This document shows positions 49,224 through 58,732 of a stretch of 64,000 bases of DNA, in pieces. This DNA comes from a virus: the IMG/VR virus record IMGVR_UViG_3300042561_001378, positions 14,144-78,143 of that record, one strand, 5' to 3'. Positions within the stretch are counted from its first letter, which is position 1, and each line of letters opens with the position of its first letter. The notes under the pieces were generated by a model. The model was not told where the DNA came from and searched no databases. It saw only the letters and a program-made list of their open reading frames with translations. The position numbers and the translations under genes were made by a program.

Positions 49224-49939
49224 GGCTGGCAGCTATGAAAGACATCACCTGCACCTACTGCACCAAGCCATTTACCGCCAAGCGGCTGCGAGAATGCTGC
49301 GATCGCTCTTGTGCGGCTAGGCTAGCGCAGACCCGTCGAGGGCTTACCCCGTGGGAACCCGAGGCTGAAATGTGGCTAGAGGAAAAGGCAGGAACATTGC
49401 CATTTTTTACCCTGTGCCGCCGGTTTAATACCATGGCCCGACGTAAGGGCTGGGGAGAGCGCAGTGAGAATGCAATGCACGTCAAGGTGCAACGGCTCAA
49501 TCTGAGCAAAAAATGCACCGAAGACAATATGACCCGCAGGGAATTGGCCAGGGTATTGGCCATCAAACCTGATCGGGTTAGGGCATGGACTAGGGCCGGG
49601 TTACCGTGGCAAAAAGTCGCCCGCAATCAGGCGGCAATCCGTGTTGCTGACCTACGGGAGTTCCTACTGGCTAACCCGGAGCGAGCAACAGGTGTCCCTC
49701 AGCAAGAACTAGGGTGGCTGATTGGGGAGAGCGCAGCTGCGATTATTGCCAATGCTGAGCACTCCCAACGAGGTTACCCACGCCCAGTTATATGCATTGA
49801 TACTGGGGAAAAATACCCTGGCATTAAGGCCGCAGCCCGCGCAAAGTTCGTGGTGCAGAGCAGCATTCGCAGCGCCATACTGCGCGGCGGTAAATCAGCA
49901 GGCTACCGCTGGGCCTACCTTGATCAATTGCAGGCGTAG
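49220..49939 (+). CDS. zinc-finger/HTH/NUMOD1-like DNA-binding protein
   Basis: CTYC..CDRSC; ELARVLAI; PVICIDTGEKYPGIKAAAR...AGYRWAY. Confidence 0.6.
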   Translation: MRLAAMKDITCTYCTKPFTAKRLRECCDRSCAARLAQTRRGLTPWEPEAEMWLEEKAGTLPFFTLCRRFNTMARRKGWGERSENAMHVKVQRLNLSKKCTEDNMTRRELARVLAIKPDRVRAWTRAGLPWQKVARNQAAIRVADLREFLLANPERATGVPQQELGWLIGESAAAIIANAEHSQRGYPRPVICIDTGEKYPGIKAAARAKFVVQSSIRSAILRGGKSAGYRWAYLDQLQA

Positions 49940-50277
49940 CCCCACAATCTCACAGCACACCCATGAGGCCCACACCATGTTAACCACACAGACCAAGACC
50001 GCACTCAACACCGCGATCGCCGCCGCCGAGCCCCGGTTGCAGGCTGGGGAGTTCCTCGCCCATTGCATCATCACCAACCCCGACGACTACCCCGCCGATA
50101 TGCTGGAGGCAGCACAAGTGATCCTGGCCCCGGTTGAGTTGAAGGGGGTGGGGGCGTGACTTTGGCAATTTCTATAGGCTCTTGGGGTGGGTTTTATTTG
50201 CACTGGGGCCACACCAAGCGGATTTGTATTGGGTGGGTAGCGTTAACCTGGTTGCCCTGCGATCTAGACAGCTTAAT

Positions 50278-51642
50278 CTACCCCACCCCCCTAACCTCAA
50301 CTCCCACAACATCCCCGCCCTCAATCACAACCCGCTCAATCAACTCCCCATAGATTGACCGGCGGGATTCGGGGGGCAGCTCCGACCACTTGACCCAGCC
50401 CAGTCCCTTAATCTTCTCCCGCAACTGATCCACCCCCGCCGCCTGGTGACCCTGGGCGGCTTTTGCGTGGGCAATCTCCAGCTCAATCGCCTCAATCTCC
50501 GCTGCAATGGCAGGCCGCCCCGCCAAGGGCCGCAGTTGTTCTATCTCTGCCTCCCACGCCGCAATTCTGGGATCTATGCCGTCAGAGGGGGCCAGAACTG
50601 CGCGGGCAATCATCTCAGCGGATTCTAGGATCGCCTCCTGGATTGCAGCCTCGATCGCATCCGCCCGGACACACCGCAGCCGGTTGGCGCAATCTATTTG
50701 CCCACAGCGAAAGTACCGGCTTTTGGCATTGTGGCGGATCGTCGCCTTACGCCCGCAAACCCCACAGACCACGATGGAGGGCACCGCGTGAATCGTGCGG
50801 CCCTGGTTCGCGCCCCATAGCTGGCTATTGAGGTCAAGGCGCGCCCGGATGGTGGCAAACTCTGAGTCACTCATCAAAGCAGGGTGGGTGTTGTAGATCA
50901 GGTCGATCGCCTTCTTCGCGCCTGCCTTGCGCTCTTGTTTGGTCAGCCCACCCCGGCTGTAGGCTAGATGCCCTCGAAGTACAGGATTCATTAGCCATTG
51001 GCGCAGACTGGCCTGGTGTCGCCTTACCCCATGGTCTTGGTAGAGTCGAAGGCAGGCCGAGGTTAGCGACTCCCCGCCTACCAACTGCTCAATCACGCCG
51101 CGAGCTATGGGCCACTGTTCTGGGTTGGGCTCCAGTGCCGAGCGATCGCTGTTCAGCCTGTAGCCCCAGGCAGGCCGATTGCACAGGGGGCGATTGTTGC
51201 GGCGGCGGTAGTCATTGCCCCGACGTACCCGGTCGCTCAGGTCGCGGGAGAAATATTCAGCATAGAGGCTCCGCATTGAAACCGATAGCCAGTCTGCGGC
51301 CCGCTCGATCGAGACCACGCCCCCGGAGACCTCCCGCACCGATACCCCTACCGCAGCCAACTTCTCAATAGTGCCCATCCCGACCGACATATTCCTTGCC
51401 CAGCGCTGTAGCTCAACTACCAGGATCTCAACCTTGCGGCCCTGACTGGATAGCTCTAATGCCCGCTCAACTAAGGCTAAAAACTGGGGTCGGTCAGGGT
51501 CGCGGCCAGACTGAATATCGGTGAAAATTTCTTGGTAACCCGCCCGCGTCAGTTGGTCAATCTGCTGGGTCAAGGCCTGGTCGTCAGTGGCCTGCTCGTC
51601 GGTCGAGACGCGGGCATAGGCCAGTGTGTAGGTTTTAGGCAC
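50278..51642 (-). CDS. large serine recombinase (XisF-like integrase)
   Basis: YARVSTDEQ catalytic Ser motif, SGRDPDRPQF, recombinase domain, CGVCG...YFRC zinc ribbon, coiled coil. Confidence 0.92.
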   Translation of the reverse strand: MPKTYTLAYARVSTDEQATDDQALTQQIDQLTRAGYQEIFTDIQSGRDPDRPQFLALVERALELSSQGRKVEILVVELQRWARNMSVGMGTIEKLAAVGVSVREVSGGVVSIERAADWLSVSMRSLYAEYFSRDLSDRVRRGNDYRRRNNRPLCNRPAWGYRLNSDRSALEPNPEQWPIARGVIEQLVGGESLTSACLRLYQDHGVRRHQASLRQWLMNPVLRGHLAYSRGGLTKQERKAGAKKAIDLIYNTHPALMSDSEFATIRARLDLNSQLWGANQGRTIHAVPSIVVCGVCGRKATIRHNAKSRYFRCGQIDCANRLRCVRADAIEAAIQEAILESAEMIARAVLAPSDGIDPRIAAWEAEIEQLRPLAGRPAIAAEIEAIELEIAHAKAAQGHQAAGVDQLREKIKGLGWVKWSELPPESRRSIYGELIERVVIEGGDVVGVEVRGVG

Positions 51643-51836
51643 GGCTGCACATCATACAGGCACAACTCCCACCCTACGATGCCGCTGGGGGGCTGTAGCA
51701 CGGTGTAAAGTCCTGGGTGCATGATGTGCCGGGGAACACCCCAAAAACTATTTCCCGCATGGTTCCCCCGTATGGTGGACGGTGCGCCTGGATTGAGCTA
51801 CAATTAAAGAAGCTCAATTTACAGGCTATTACGATT

Positions 51837-52397
51837 ATGGACGACGAAGTATTCCCCGATATTGATGTAAGCAGCCTGCCTTGGTTGCCTCTTTTTGTGA
51901 ACTCGGCGTTTCCCTCCCAGCCATGTATTTACTTTGTCATGGATTCCCAATCATCTGTTAAGTACATTGGGAGGACGTTAGACACCTTTTATCGATGGGG
52001 CAGCCATCATAGGTTCGATGAGTTAATCAAGATTGAGGGGGCCAAGATTGCATATTTATTCTTAGACGAGCCAAAGCTCGTAAAGGCTGAAGCAGAGCTT
52101 ATTAGGCGCTTTGAGCCTCCGCTCAACCGGGTAAATCCTACGGGCAACCCTGCCAACCAAAACCAAAAGGAATTGCCTTTTAGTTCAATCCCGATTCAGC
52201 TAAAGATACTTTTTGAGCATGTTGATCTTACCATCGCAAAAGCAGCCCGGAAAGTTTCACAGTCGCAAGCCCAAGGATACAAGAGCGCTCATAAGCGATT
52301 TTCAAAATACTTCAAAGCGCCGCCAGAGTCTTTAATCCTTTTTGAAAAAGATATGGATTCGCTGGGGCTTGAATTACTTATCCGGGAAAAGCCTTGA
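51837..52397 (+). CDS. GIY-YIG nuclease fused to an HTH-like domain
   Basis: CIYFV...YIGRT...RW..H...EAELIRRFEPPLN; C-terminus homologous to 53322..53546. Confidence 0.75.
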   Translation: MDDEVFPDIDVSSLPWLPLFVNSAFPSQPCIYFVMDSQSSVKYIGRTLDTFYRWGSHHRFDELIKIEGAKIAYLFLDEPKLVKAEAELIRRFEPPLNRVNPTGNPANQNQKELPFSSIPIQLKILFEHVDLTIAKAARKVSQSQAQGYKSAHKRFSKYFKAPPESLILFEKDMDSLGLELLIREKP

Positions 52398-52502
52398 GTC
52401 GCCCTTGACAGTCCCCTAATCGGTTGATTAGTATTAATTCAGTCGAGGCAACCACTACTCACCCCTGAGCCTCGCAGGGAATGCCCAAGGAGGGCGAAGA
52501 TT

Positions 52503-52802
52503 ATGAATTGCGATTACACCTTTACTAACGAAGCTCCTTACTTGAAAGTTAACGGCTTCCCCGTTAACTTAGACGGGTGGTCGGTAGGGACTGACCCTAC
52601 CCACGCGATTGCAGATCAACACGGTTTTCGGGTAGTTGTTGGATCGGAAGTTGATTGCGCTTCCCGGTGTGACGGTCACTTTTATAAGACCGTAGAATCG
52701 GCTGTAGAAGCGGCCAAAGAGCATATAAGTATGGGGATGGAAGCGAATCAGCCGCTTCTAGTCGAAATGGTTGTAAAGGGATTTAAGTTCAACGATGCTT
52801 AG
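52503..52802 (+). CDS. hypothetical cassette gene A
   Basis: 99 aa, after a TTGACA promoter at about 52405. Confidence 0.55.
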   Translation: MNCDYTFTNEAPYLKVNGFPVNLDGWSVGTDPTHAIADQHGFRVVVGSEVDCASRCDGHFYKTVESAVEAAKEHISMGMEANQPLLVEMVVKGFKFNDA

Positions 52803-53028
52803 ACTCCCATCCCGCATAGCCCAGGCGATCGCCAGCCTGGGCTTGACAACCTCAACTGCCGCCCGCAAGATTGGCGGCGACATGGCGGGGTATAAGGCCG
52901 CCTACAAGCGCCTGAAGCGCCTCACTGGGCCTAACCCACCCGAGACTATAGCCCTGCACTACTCACCCCTGAGCCTCGAAAACCCCCTCTTTAGAGGGGT
53001 GATAGATTTGAATACCCTAGAGGACTAG
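52795..53028 (+). pseudogene. truncated duplicate of HTH-like gene 53322..53546
   Basis: About 150 bp nearly identical to 53326-53477, then diverges. Confidence 0.6.
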
Positions 53029-53029
53029 T

Positions 53030-53329
53030 ATGTTTATGTTTCACAACAACGGACAGGCCGACCAGCCCATTTCGGAATTTTCAGACCATGACTCCATGCG
53101 CCTGCACCTGCGAGCAGGCGGCGGCATTGTTGTGTTTGAGGATGGACAGCAATATATACTTGTAGACGTGGAGTCGTATCCAAGCAACTCGATCGCCCGC
53201 GAGAAATATTGCGGGACAGCCAACGATTTAGTCGATTCATCCTTCGAGGAGTACGAAGGGATCGACCATCAGGAGCAAGCCATCCAAAAGGCAATGCTCT
53301 GGATCTCTGAACGCGAAGCCCATGCCTAG
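53030..53329 (+). CDS. hypothetical cassette gene B
   Basis: 99 aa, GAGGA RBS. Confidence 0.55.
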   Translation: MFMFHNNGQADQPISEFSDHDSMRLHLRAGGGIVVFEDGQQYILVDVESYPSNSIAREKYCGTANDLVDSSFEEYEGIDHQEQAIQKAMLWISEREAHA

Positions 53330-53546
53330 ACTCCCATCCCGAATAGCCCAGGCGATCGCCAGCCTGGGCCTGACCACCTCGCAAGCCGCCCGCAAGATTG
53401 GCAGCGACATGGCGGGGTATAAAGCCGCCTACAAGCGCCTGAACCGCCTCACTGGGCCTAACCCGCCCGAGACTCTAGCCCTGCTTGAGGCCGACCTTGA
53501 CGCACTGGGGCTAGAGATTGTAATCGTGACCAAATCCCGCCCCTGA
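53322..53546 (+). CDS. small HTH-like protein
   Basis: LTTSQAARKIG...YKRLNR...LEADLDALGLEIVI. Confidence 0.55.
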   Translation: MPRLPSRIAQAIASLGLTTSQAARKIGSDMAGYKAAYKRLNRLTGPNPPETLALLEADLDALGLEIVIVTKSRP

Positions 53547-53883
53547 CCTGGCAGCGTAATGAGTCTTACCGTTTCTGTCGAATTTCTCTACCATTTCCGC
53601 TGTCACGAGTGCGATCGCTGGTGGTCTGTGGGTGATTACGCCTGGGTGGACAAGGCTAATGTTATTTGCCCACACTGCGGATATATCCACGAACTACCTA
53701 GCAATCCGCTGTTTGCCGAAGACTTTAAACCCCAAACCACATTATGACCCTCCGCAAGATTGGCGGGGTTTTCTTTGCGTTGCAGGGTACGCGATTAGCG
53801 CGTTTGTTTTTGCCGTGCGCGATAATAAATGTGCTGCCGTCGTAGCTGATTGATGCGGAACTATACCAGCGACGGCAGTACCC

Positions 53884-54213
53884 CTACACCACCCATTCCC
53901 GCGCCAGCGCCAGCCGATCCCGCAATGCCGACTCCCGCTCAGTGGTGTGGAACCGCTGCCGACGGAGCCAGGTTACGGCATCCTGGTTGTTACCTTTGGC
54001 GTGATTGCACGAAAAACATGCACGAGCCCAGTTAATGGGATCGTCCGTCCCACCCTTGTTGAGCGGGATCAGGTGGTCAATCGTCCCCGCACCCAGTACC
54101 CCACAAAAAAGACACCGCCCATCTCCAGATTGGAGCAGGCGGTGTTTCAAGGCTTTTTTGGCGCGGCGTGGATCTTGTTCGTCCAGGTGGATCAACTCAT
54201 CGTGGCGAGGCAT
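53884..54213 (-). CDS. HNH endonuclease
   Basis: CLFCG...TIDHLIPLNKGGTDDPINWARACFSCNHAKG. Confidence 0.88.
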   Translation of the reverse strand: MPRHDELIHLDEQDPRRAKKALKHRLLQSGDGRCLFCGVLGAGTIDHLIPLNKGGTDDPINWARACFSCNHAKGNNQDAVTWLRRQRFHTTERESALRDRLALAREWVV

Positions 54214-54548
54214 GGCAAGGCCAAACGCGATGCCTCTATTCTACCCAGTGAATCTCAGCCACCCGCACATTATCCCCGGTTGTCCCAATATCCCGCACCG
54301 CCTGGGCCAGCGCCTCTTCGCAGGAGTCGCCCGCAGTGATGCCCCAGTAGCTGCCGCCGACGTACACGGCCCATCGCGGGGGTGGGATGGTGGTTCGTGT
54401 TGGGGGCATGGGGGCTGCCTCTATAGGTTGTGCCAGTTGGGTGTGACAGATATTTGCAGATTTGCTATCAATAATACTTGCAAGGTACTTGCAAAATACT
54501 TACAGTGGCAGTATATTAGAGGGGTAGAGCAAGCAACGAGGCCCCCCA

Positions 54549-54992
54549 ATGAACACTATCGCAATCGCCAACCACCTAAATGTAGCCGCCGACGCCATCG
54601 TTGAGGTTCAGGAATGGGCAAAGGTGCTGTGGGTTCGGGTTCGTGGCCTGGGTGCTCGATTCGTTAGCAAAAAGGTAGTGGCGATGACTGAGGATTGGAT
54701 CAAGGTTGAAGTAGCTTGCGAAGCTGTAGTCGCTGAGCGCAACAGCAAGCGGGCTTGGGTGCTCCGCGAGGGCTACGATATGGGCAACTCCTACCTGATT
54801 AAAGAAATTCCTTTATCCACCATGCAGGAAAAAGGATTTAGCCCCCGCATGGTGCATTACGACCGGATTCCTGGGCAAGGGCAGATGGTGCATGTGCCCA
54901 CTCAGGACGGCGTACTGTTGTCCAACATCGCTGACGCCGCCACCATCGAAGGCCGCGCCGTTTTGGCCCTGACTAAAGCCCCCTGCTGGTAG
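54549..54992 (+). CDS. hypothetical protein
   Basis: 147 aa, after a TTGCAA...TATATT promoter-like sequence. Confidence 0.55.
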   Translation: MNTIAIANHLNVAADAIVEVQEWAKVLWVRVRGLGARFVSKKVVAMTEDWIKVEVACEAVVAERNSKRAWVLREGYDMGNSYLIKEIPLSTMQEKGFSPRMVHYDRIPGQGQMVHVPTQDGVLLSNIADAATIEGRAVLALTKAPCW

Positions 54993-55319
54993 GTTTCACA
55001 GCGCACAGCCGGGAGTAGCGCCCCGGCAATACACCCTTAATCAAGCTATGAAAACTAAGTTTGAATGCCAGTTTAATCCTGGTCAAGTTGATTCGATTGA
55101 GCCCCTGATTTTCACTCGAGACCAACTGATTGATTATTTTGCAGAACAAGAGATAACAATGGGGCAACCATTTACGGCCCCACCGATCGATGTGATTGAC
55201 GACTGCCAATTTACCGAAATGTACCGGGCTGCTGACGTTTTTCAAAGCGGTCTTGTGTACTACGTCCCTCGGAACTAAGCCCACACAGCGCCTTGCCCGG
55301 TTCGCTACCGGGCCTAACC

Positions 55320-55598
55320 ATGCCTACCCCACCCCGTAACGTGCTCAGCCTATCGCTGAGCGCAGAAGATCAAGCCCTGCTGGCTGATGTCCTGGCCGAG
55401 GCTGGGTTCAGCAAGCCTACCCAGTTCCTGCGGAGTGTCGCCCGTCGCCAGACTGCGATCGGCCCTCCCACTAACGCGGGATTGCAACGGCAGATCAGCG
55501 CCTTGGCTGAGCAGCTAGAGCTCCAGGCCAATGCCATCGAGGAGCTACGCTGCCACGCCGCAGGGCTACCCCCGCGATCGCTCACGGAGCTACCATGA
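55320..55598 (+). CDS. ribbon-helix-helix-like regulator at the head of the type IV-B operon
   Basis: VLSLSLSAEDQALL...PTQFLRSV; ATGA overlap with csf1. Confidence 0.45.
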   Translation: MPTPPRNVLSLSLSAEDQALLADVLAEAGFSKPTQFLRSVARRQTAIGPPTNAGLQRQISALAEQLELQANAIEELRCHAAGLPPRSLTELP

Positions 55599-56260
55599 AC
55601 ACATCCCAACTGCTATATCCAACGCCGCCCACGGAGGGCGCTACGGAGGATCATTGCTCAGTCTGTGGATGGTATGGGCCGACCTATGCCAAGACTGAGG
55701 TTTTCAGCAAAAGCACCGGGGCCGTGTCGGTGCTAGCAACGGTGCCAACCGATCGCATCTGCGTCTATTGCGCTGCCCTTTGGGGAGAACCCAAAGTTTT
55801 TGCCCGTGCAGTGCTAGCCACACCAGAAGCAGTACAGTTTCCTACGATCGCGCCAGACCCAGCAGGGCAACGGCCCACATGGGGGCAAGCGCTAGCCGCC
55901 CTAGACCCAACACGGCCTCGCGTGTGCATCCTCACCACAGACCCCAAAAAACGAGTCTGGCCCTTTGCCCAGGTGAGCCAGGGCGATCGACTGAGTATGT
56001 ACGTACACGACCCCAGCCGGGGCATCTCAGGCAATCGTGTAGTGAGCCTGTCGCTACTTCTAAGGACAATCGCTGATATTGAAGCCATCTACAATCTAGG
56101 TTTTAGCAAAACCGCCATTGAGCGCGGATTGCTGGATGACCTAAAGCGCTCCAAAGCACTAGGTATCCCCGCCACCGTTGCCCACGAAAGACACTTACAA
56201 AGTGTCCGTACACTTCCCGAGTTTTTGCCTGCATTAATCATTGCTCAAAAGGAGCCCTAG
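55595..56260 (+). CDS. csf1: type IV CRISPR-associated Csf1 (Cas8-like)
   Basis: CSVCG...ICVYCA zinc motifs; KKRVWP; GFSKTAIERG; first gene of the operon. Confidence 0.7.
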   Translation: MNTSQLLYPTPPTEGATEDHCSVCGWYGPTYAKTEVFSKSTGAVSVLATVPTDRICVYCAALWGEPKVFARAVLATPEAVQFPTIAPDPAGQRPTWGQALAALDPTRPRVCILTTDPKKRVWPFAQVSQGDRLSMYVHDPSRGISGNRVVSLSLLLRTIADIEAIYNLGFSKTAIERGLLDDLKRSKALGIPATVAHERHLQSVRTLPEFLPALIIAQKEP

Positions 56261-56262
56261 CC

Positions 56263-57681
56263 ATGCCCGATCGCATTTTACTCAAGCTCACTGCCCTAAC
56301 CCCTGTAGCCCATGGCGAGGCCGGGGCCAATAGTACAGGGCCGAATAATACCACCCTGTTCAACCGGCAGTTGCAACGACTCACTAAAGAAACAGTGGGG
56401 GTGGATGTGATAGTTGCCAGAGACGCCATTGCAAACCTCCTGACGGCCATGCCTATTGGTGCCGATACCTTCCCCCTGCTGGAGTCGTTAAAAGGGGCTG
56501 AGTTAGTAGCAGCGCTATTTGTAGCTCAGGTGCCAATCATGTTCCCCGGAGACGGTGAGGGGCTATTCACTGGCATGGAGCGATACCGAATGCTAAGCAC
56601 CCGCTTAGCCGATGGGGCTAAGTGCTGCACTACGTTGCCAGAATTGTGGAGTTACCTTAGCCGAAAGCTTACGCTCCCCATGTTCCCTACCTATGGGTTT
56701 GAGGCAATGCGGGCGTTTTTTATTCTCCCTAAGGCCATCCAGGGGCAGGCCATCCAGGCCATTAGCAGGGCGCTAGAGCTTACGGTAATGGCCGCTCGGA
56801 TGCTGGCAGAAAGCATTAAGGTAGAGCGCAAAACCGCTAAAGACAACAACCTTAGTTTGTTCGCAGCAAAGGTGTACCAGGCCAGCCCTGAACAGTTAGC
56901 CGATCTCACCCGGCCCAAGGCGGAGGCAATCGTAATGCCCGTCCCCAGCATTAGCGGCAATGCCCTAAGACACTGCCTAATCCGTGAGCCCGGCGCAAAC
57001 CGGCTGATTCAATCTCTAGGCCTAGAACCCTACACCGATCGCGCTGGTGAGCACCTGGGCTTAGGCATTACTCGCTTTTTGTACGGCGGAGGGCAGCTTG
57101 CGGCTAAGGCCAAGGCACCCAGCGCTAGCGACATCTACGAAGCTCAGATCCGCAGCACTTACCCTATTGTGGATGCCGTGGGGGGCAGCACTGATTCCTG
57201 GCTGATGGCCGAAAGCGCCTGCAAGGTTGCAGGCTGGGTAGTCTGCGAAGAAAACAATGTTGCTACTCAGGCGATCGCCGGGGTTGAGTCGCAGGTGAGC
57301 ATTTTTGATTACCTCAGCGAAGAAACCAAAACCAGAACTGGCATCGGTGGCAAGGATAAAGAATCGGGGCAGATGATTTTTAGCTACGAAACCTTAGCCG
57401 CTGGCTTGCCCTTGATTGTAGAGATTCTGTTCAATCCATTCACCCAACCCCTGACCATTGGCGCGGTATGGCAAGCGGTGCATGATTGGGCAGATGAAGG
57501 CGGCATTGTGGGGGGCCGTAGCCAGATTGGCCATAGCCGCTTTGCCATGGAGGTATTGCAAGGCAGCTATGGGTTACAGGGCAAAGCATACCTGAACTAC
57601 CTAGAGGCAGAGCGCGATAGTCTACGGCCTGGATTGCTCGATGCCACAATGGGGACAGGGGCTGTGCTATGTGCGGCTTAA
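56263..57681 (+). CDS. csf2: type IV-B Csf2 (Cas7) with an inserted Cas11-like helical domain
   Basis: LTALTPVAHG..NTTLFNRQ; VPSISGNALRH; LYGGGQL; QMIFSYETLAAG; VGGRSQIGHSR. At 472 aa it is longer than usual. Confidence 0.85.
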   Translation: MPDRILLKLTALTPVAHGEAGANSTGPNNTTLFNRQLQRLTKETVGVDVIVARDAIANLLTAMPIGADTFPLLESLKGAELVAALFVAQVPIMFPGDGEGLFTGMERYRMLSTRLADGAKCCTTLPELWSYLSRKLTLPMFPTYGFEAMRAFFILPKAIQGQAIQAISRALELTVMAARMLAESIKVERKTAKDNNLSLFAAKVYQASPEQLADLTRPKAEAIVMPVPSISGNALRHCLIREPGANRLIQSLGLEPYTDRAGEHLGLGITRFLYGGGQLAAKAKAPSASDIYEAQIRSTYPIVDAVGGSTDSWLMAESACKVAGWVVCEENNVATQAIAGVESQVSIFDYLSEETKTRTGIGGKDKESGQMIFSYETLAAGLPLIVEILFNPFTQPLTIGAVWQAVHDWADEGGIVGGRSQIGHSRFAMEVLQGSYGLQGKAYLNYLEAERDSLRPGLLDATMGTGAVLCAA

Positions 57682-58370
57682 GCCCTTCCGAGCGGGGCGT
57701 TTTGACGGCATGGTCAAAACGCCCCAGCCATCAAGAAAAAGTTGATAAGGCTTTAGCCGATATCCAAAAAGCCTTATCAATTGACTCTGCCTATGTTGGT
57801 ATTTCCTGGGGTAAAGACTCTATCGTTTTGCTTCATCTAACCCAGCAAGTATGTCCTGGAATCCCTGCTATTTCCTTTACTCATCCAGAGCGAGAATTGA
57901 TCTCAAATTATGCCGAGGTAGAGAATGTCTACTGCGATCGATTTCAGCCAAACTTGATTGATTTAGCGATGGATGGAGACCACGTACCGCTAAAGGTAAA
58001 TGCTGCGAAGTTGTGGGAGCAATACCCCATGGCGTTGCTAGGCATCCGCAAAGAAGAGAGCCAAAAGCGCAGCATCACCATTGGGAAGTACGGGGTAATT
58101 CACCAGTATGAATCTGGCAATAAAAAAGGTAGTTGGCGATGCTTTCCCTTAGCCTACTGGACTTGGCGTGATGTTTGGGCCTATATCGCAGCCAACGATT
58201 TGCCATCACTTAATGCCTATGCTGACCAGCCAAAAGCAACGGGAAGGACTACAGACCACTTCTCAAAATCTGCTACCAAAACATGGACGCAGACTCGCTT
58301 TGAAAATCTAAAAAGGCTTAATCCTGATTATTACCGTTACCTGCAAACCCATTATCCGGAAATGGTATGA
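57669..58370 (+). CDS. cysH: CysH-like PAPS-reductase family protein of type IV-B
   Basis: ISWGKDSIVL, GIRKEESQKR, PLAYWTWRDVWAYI. Confidence 0.88.
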   Translation: MCGLSPSERGVLTAWSKRPSHQEKVDKALADIQKALSIDSAYVGISWGKDSIVLLHLTQQVCPGIPAISFTHPERELISNYAEVENVYCDRFQPNLIDLAMDGDHVPLKVNAAKLWEQYPMALLGIRKEESQKRSITIGKYGVIHQYESGNKKGSWRCFPLAYWTWRDVWAYIAANDLPSLNAYADQPKATGRTTDHFSKSATKTWTQTRFENLKRLNPDYYRYLQTHYPEMV

Positions 58371-58732
58371 GCAAACTCCAGATCAATAACTACCAATCGC
58401 CTCTTCATCAATGGTCGCCAATGGTGGGTAGCCAAGCTTTAGGGATTGGATTGGTAAAAGATAACAGATTTGCCGCTGATATGCTGAAATTTGAACCAGG
58501 GCAATGTACTAGCGTTCACACTCATCCTGGCGACCATATTCTTTTTGTCGTCAACGGCAATGGATTTTTGCTATACGACGGCGATCGCTACGATTTGATT
58601 GAGGGCGCTTGCTATTTTGTGCCAGGTGCAACACCTCATCAGGTGAGCGCAACATCAATAATGTTTTTGCTTTCTGTATCCAACGACCACCGCACCGTTG
58701 ATAGCGCTGAACGATTGAGAATTATCCAATGA
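58367..58732 (+). CDS. cupin domain protein
   Basis: HTHPGDHILFVVNGNG...GACYFVPGATPHQV. Confidence 0.85.
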   Translation: MSKLQINNYQSPLHQWSPMVGSQALGIGLVKDNRFAADMLKFEPGQCTSVHTHPGDHILFVVNGNGFLLYDGDRYDLIEGACYFVPGATPHQVSATSIMFLLSVSNDHRTVDSAERLRIIQ

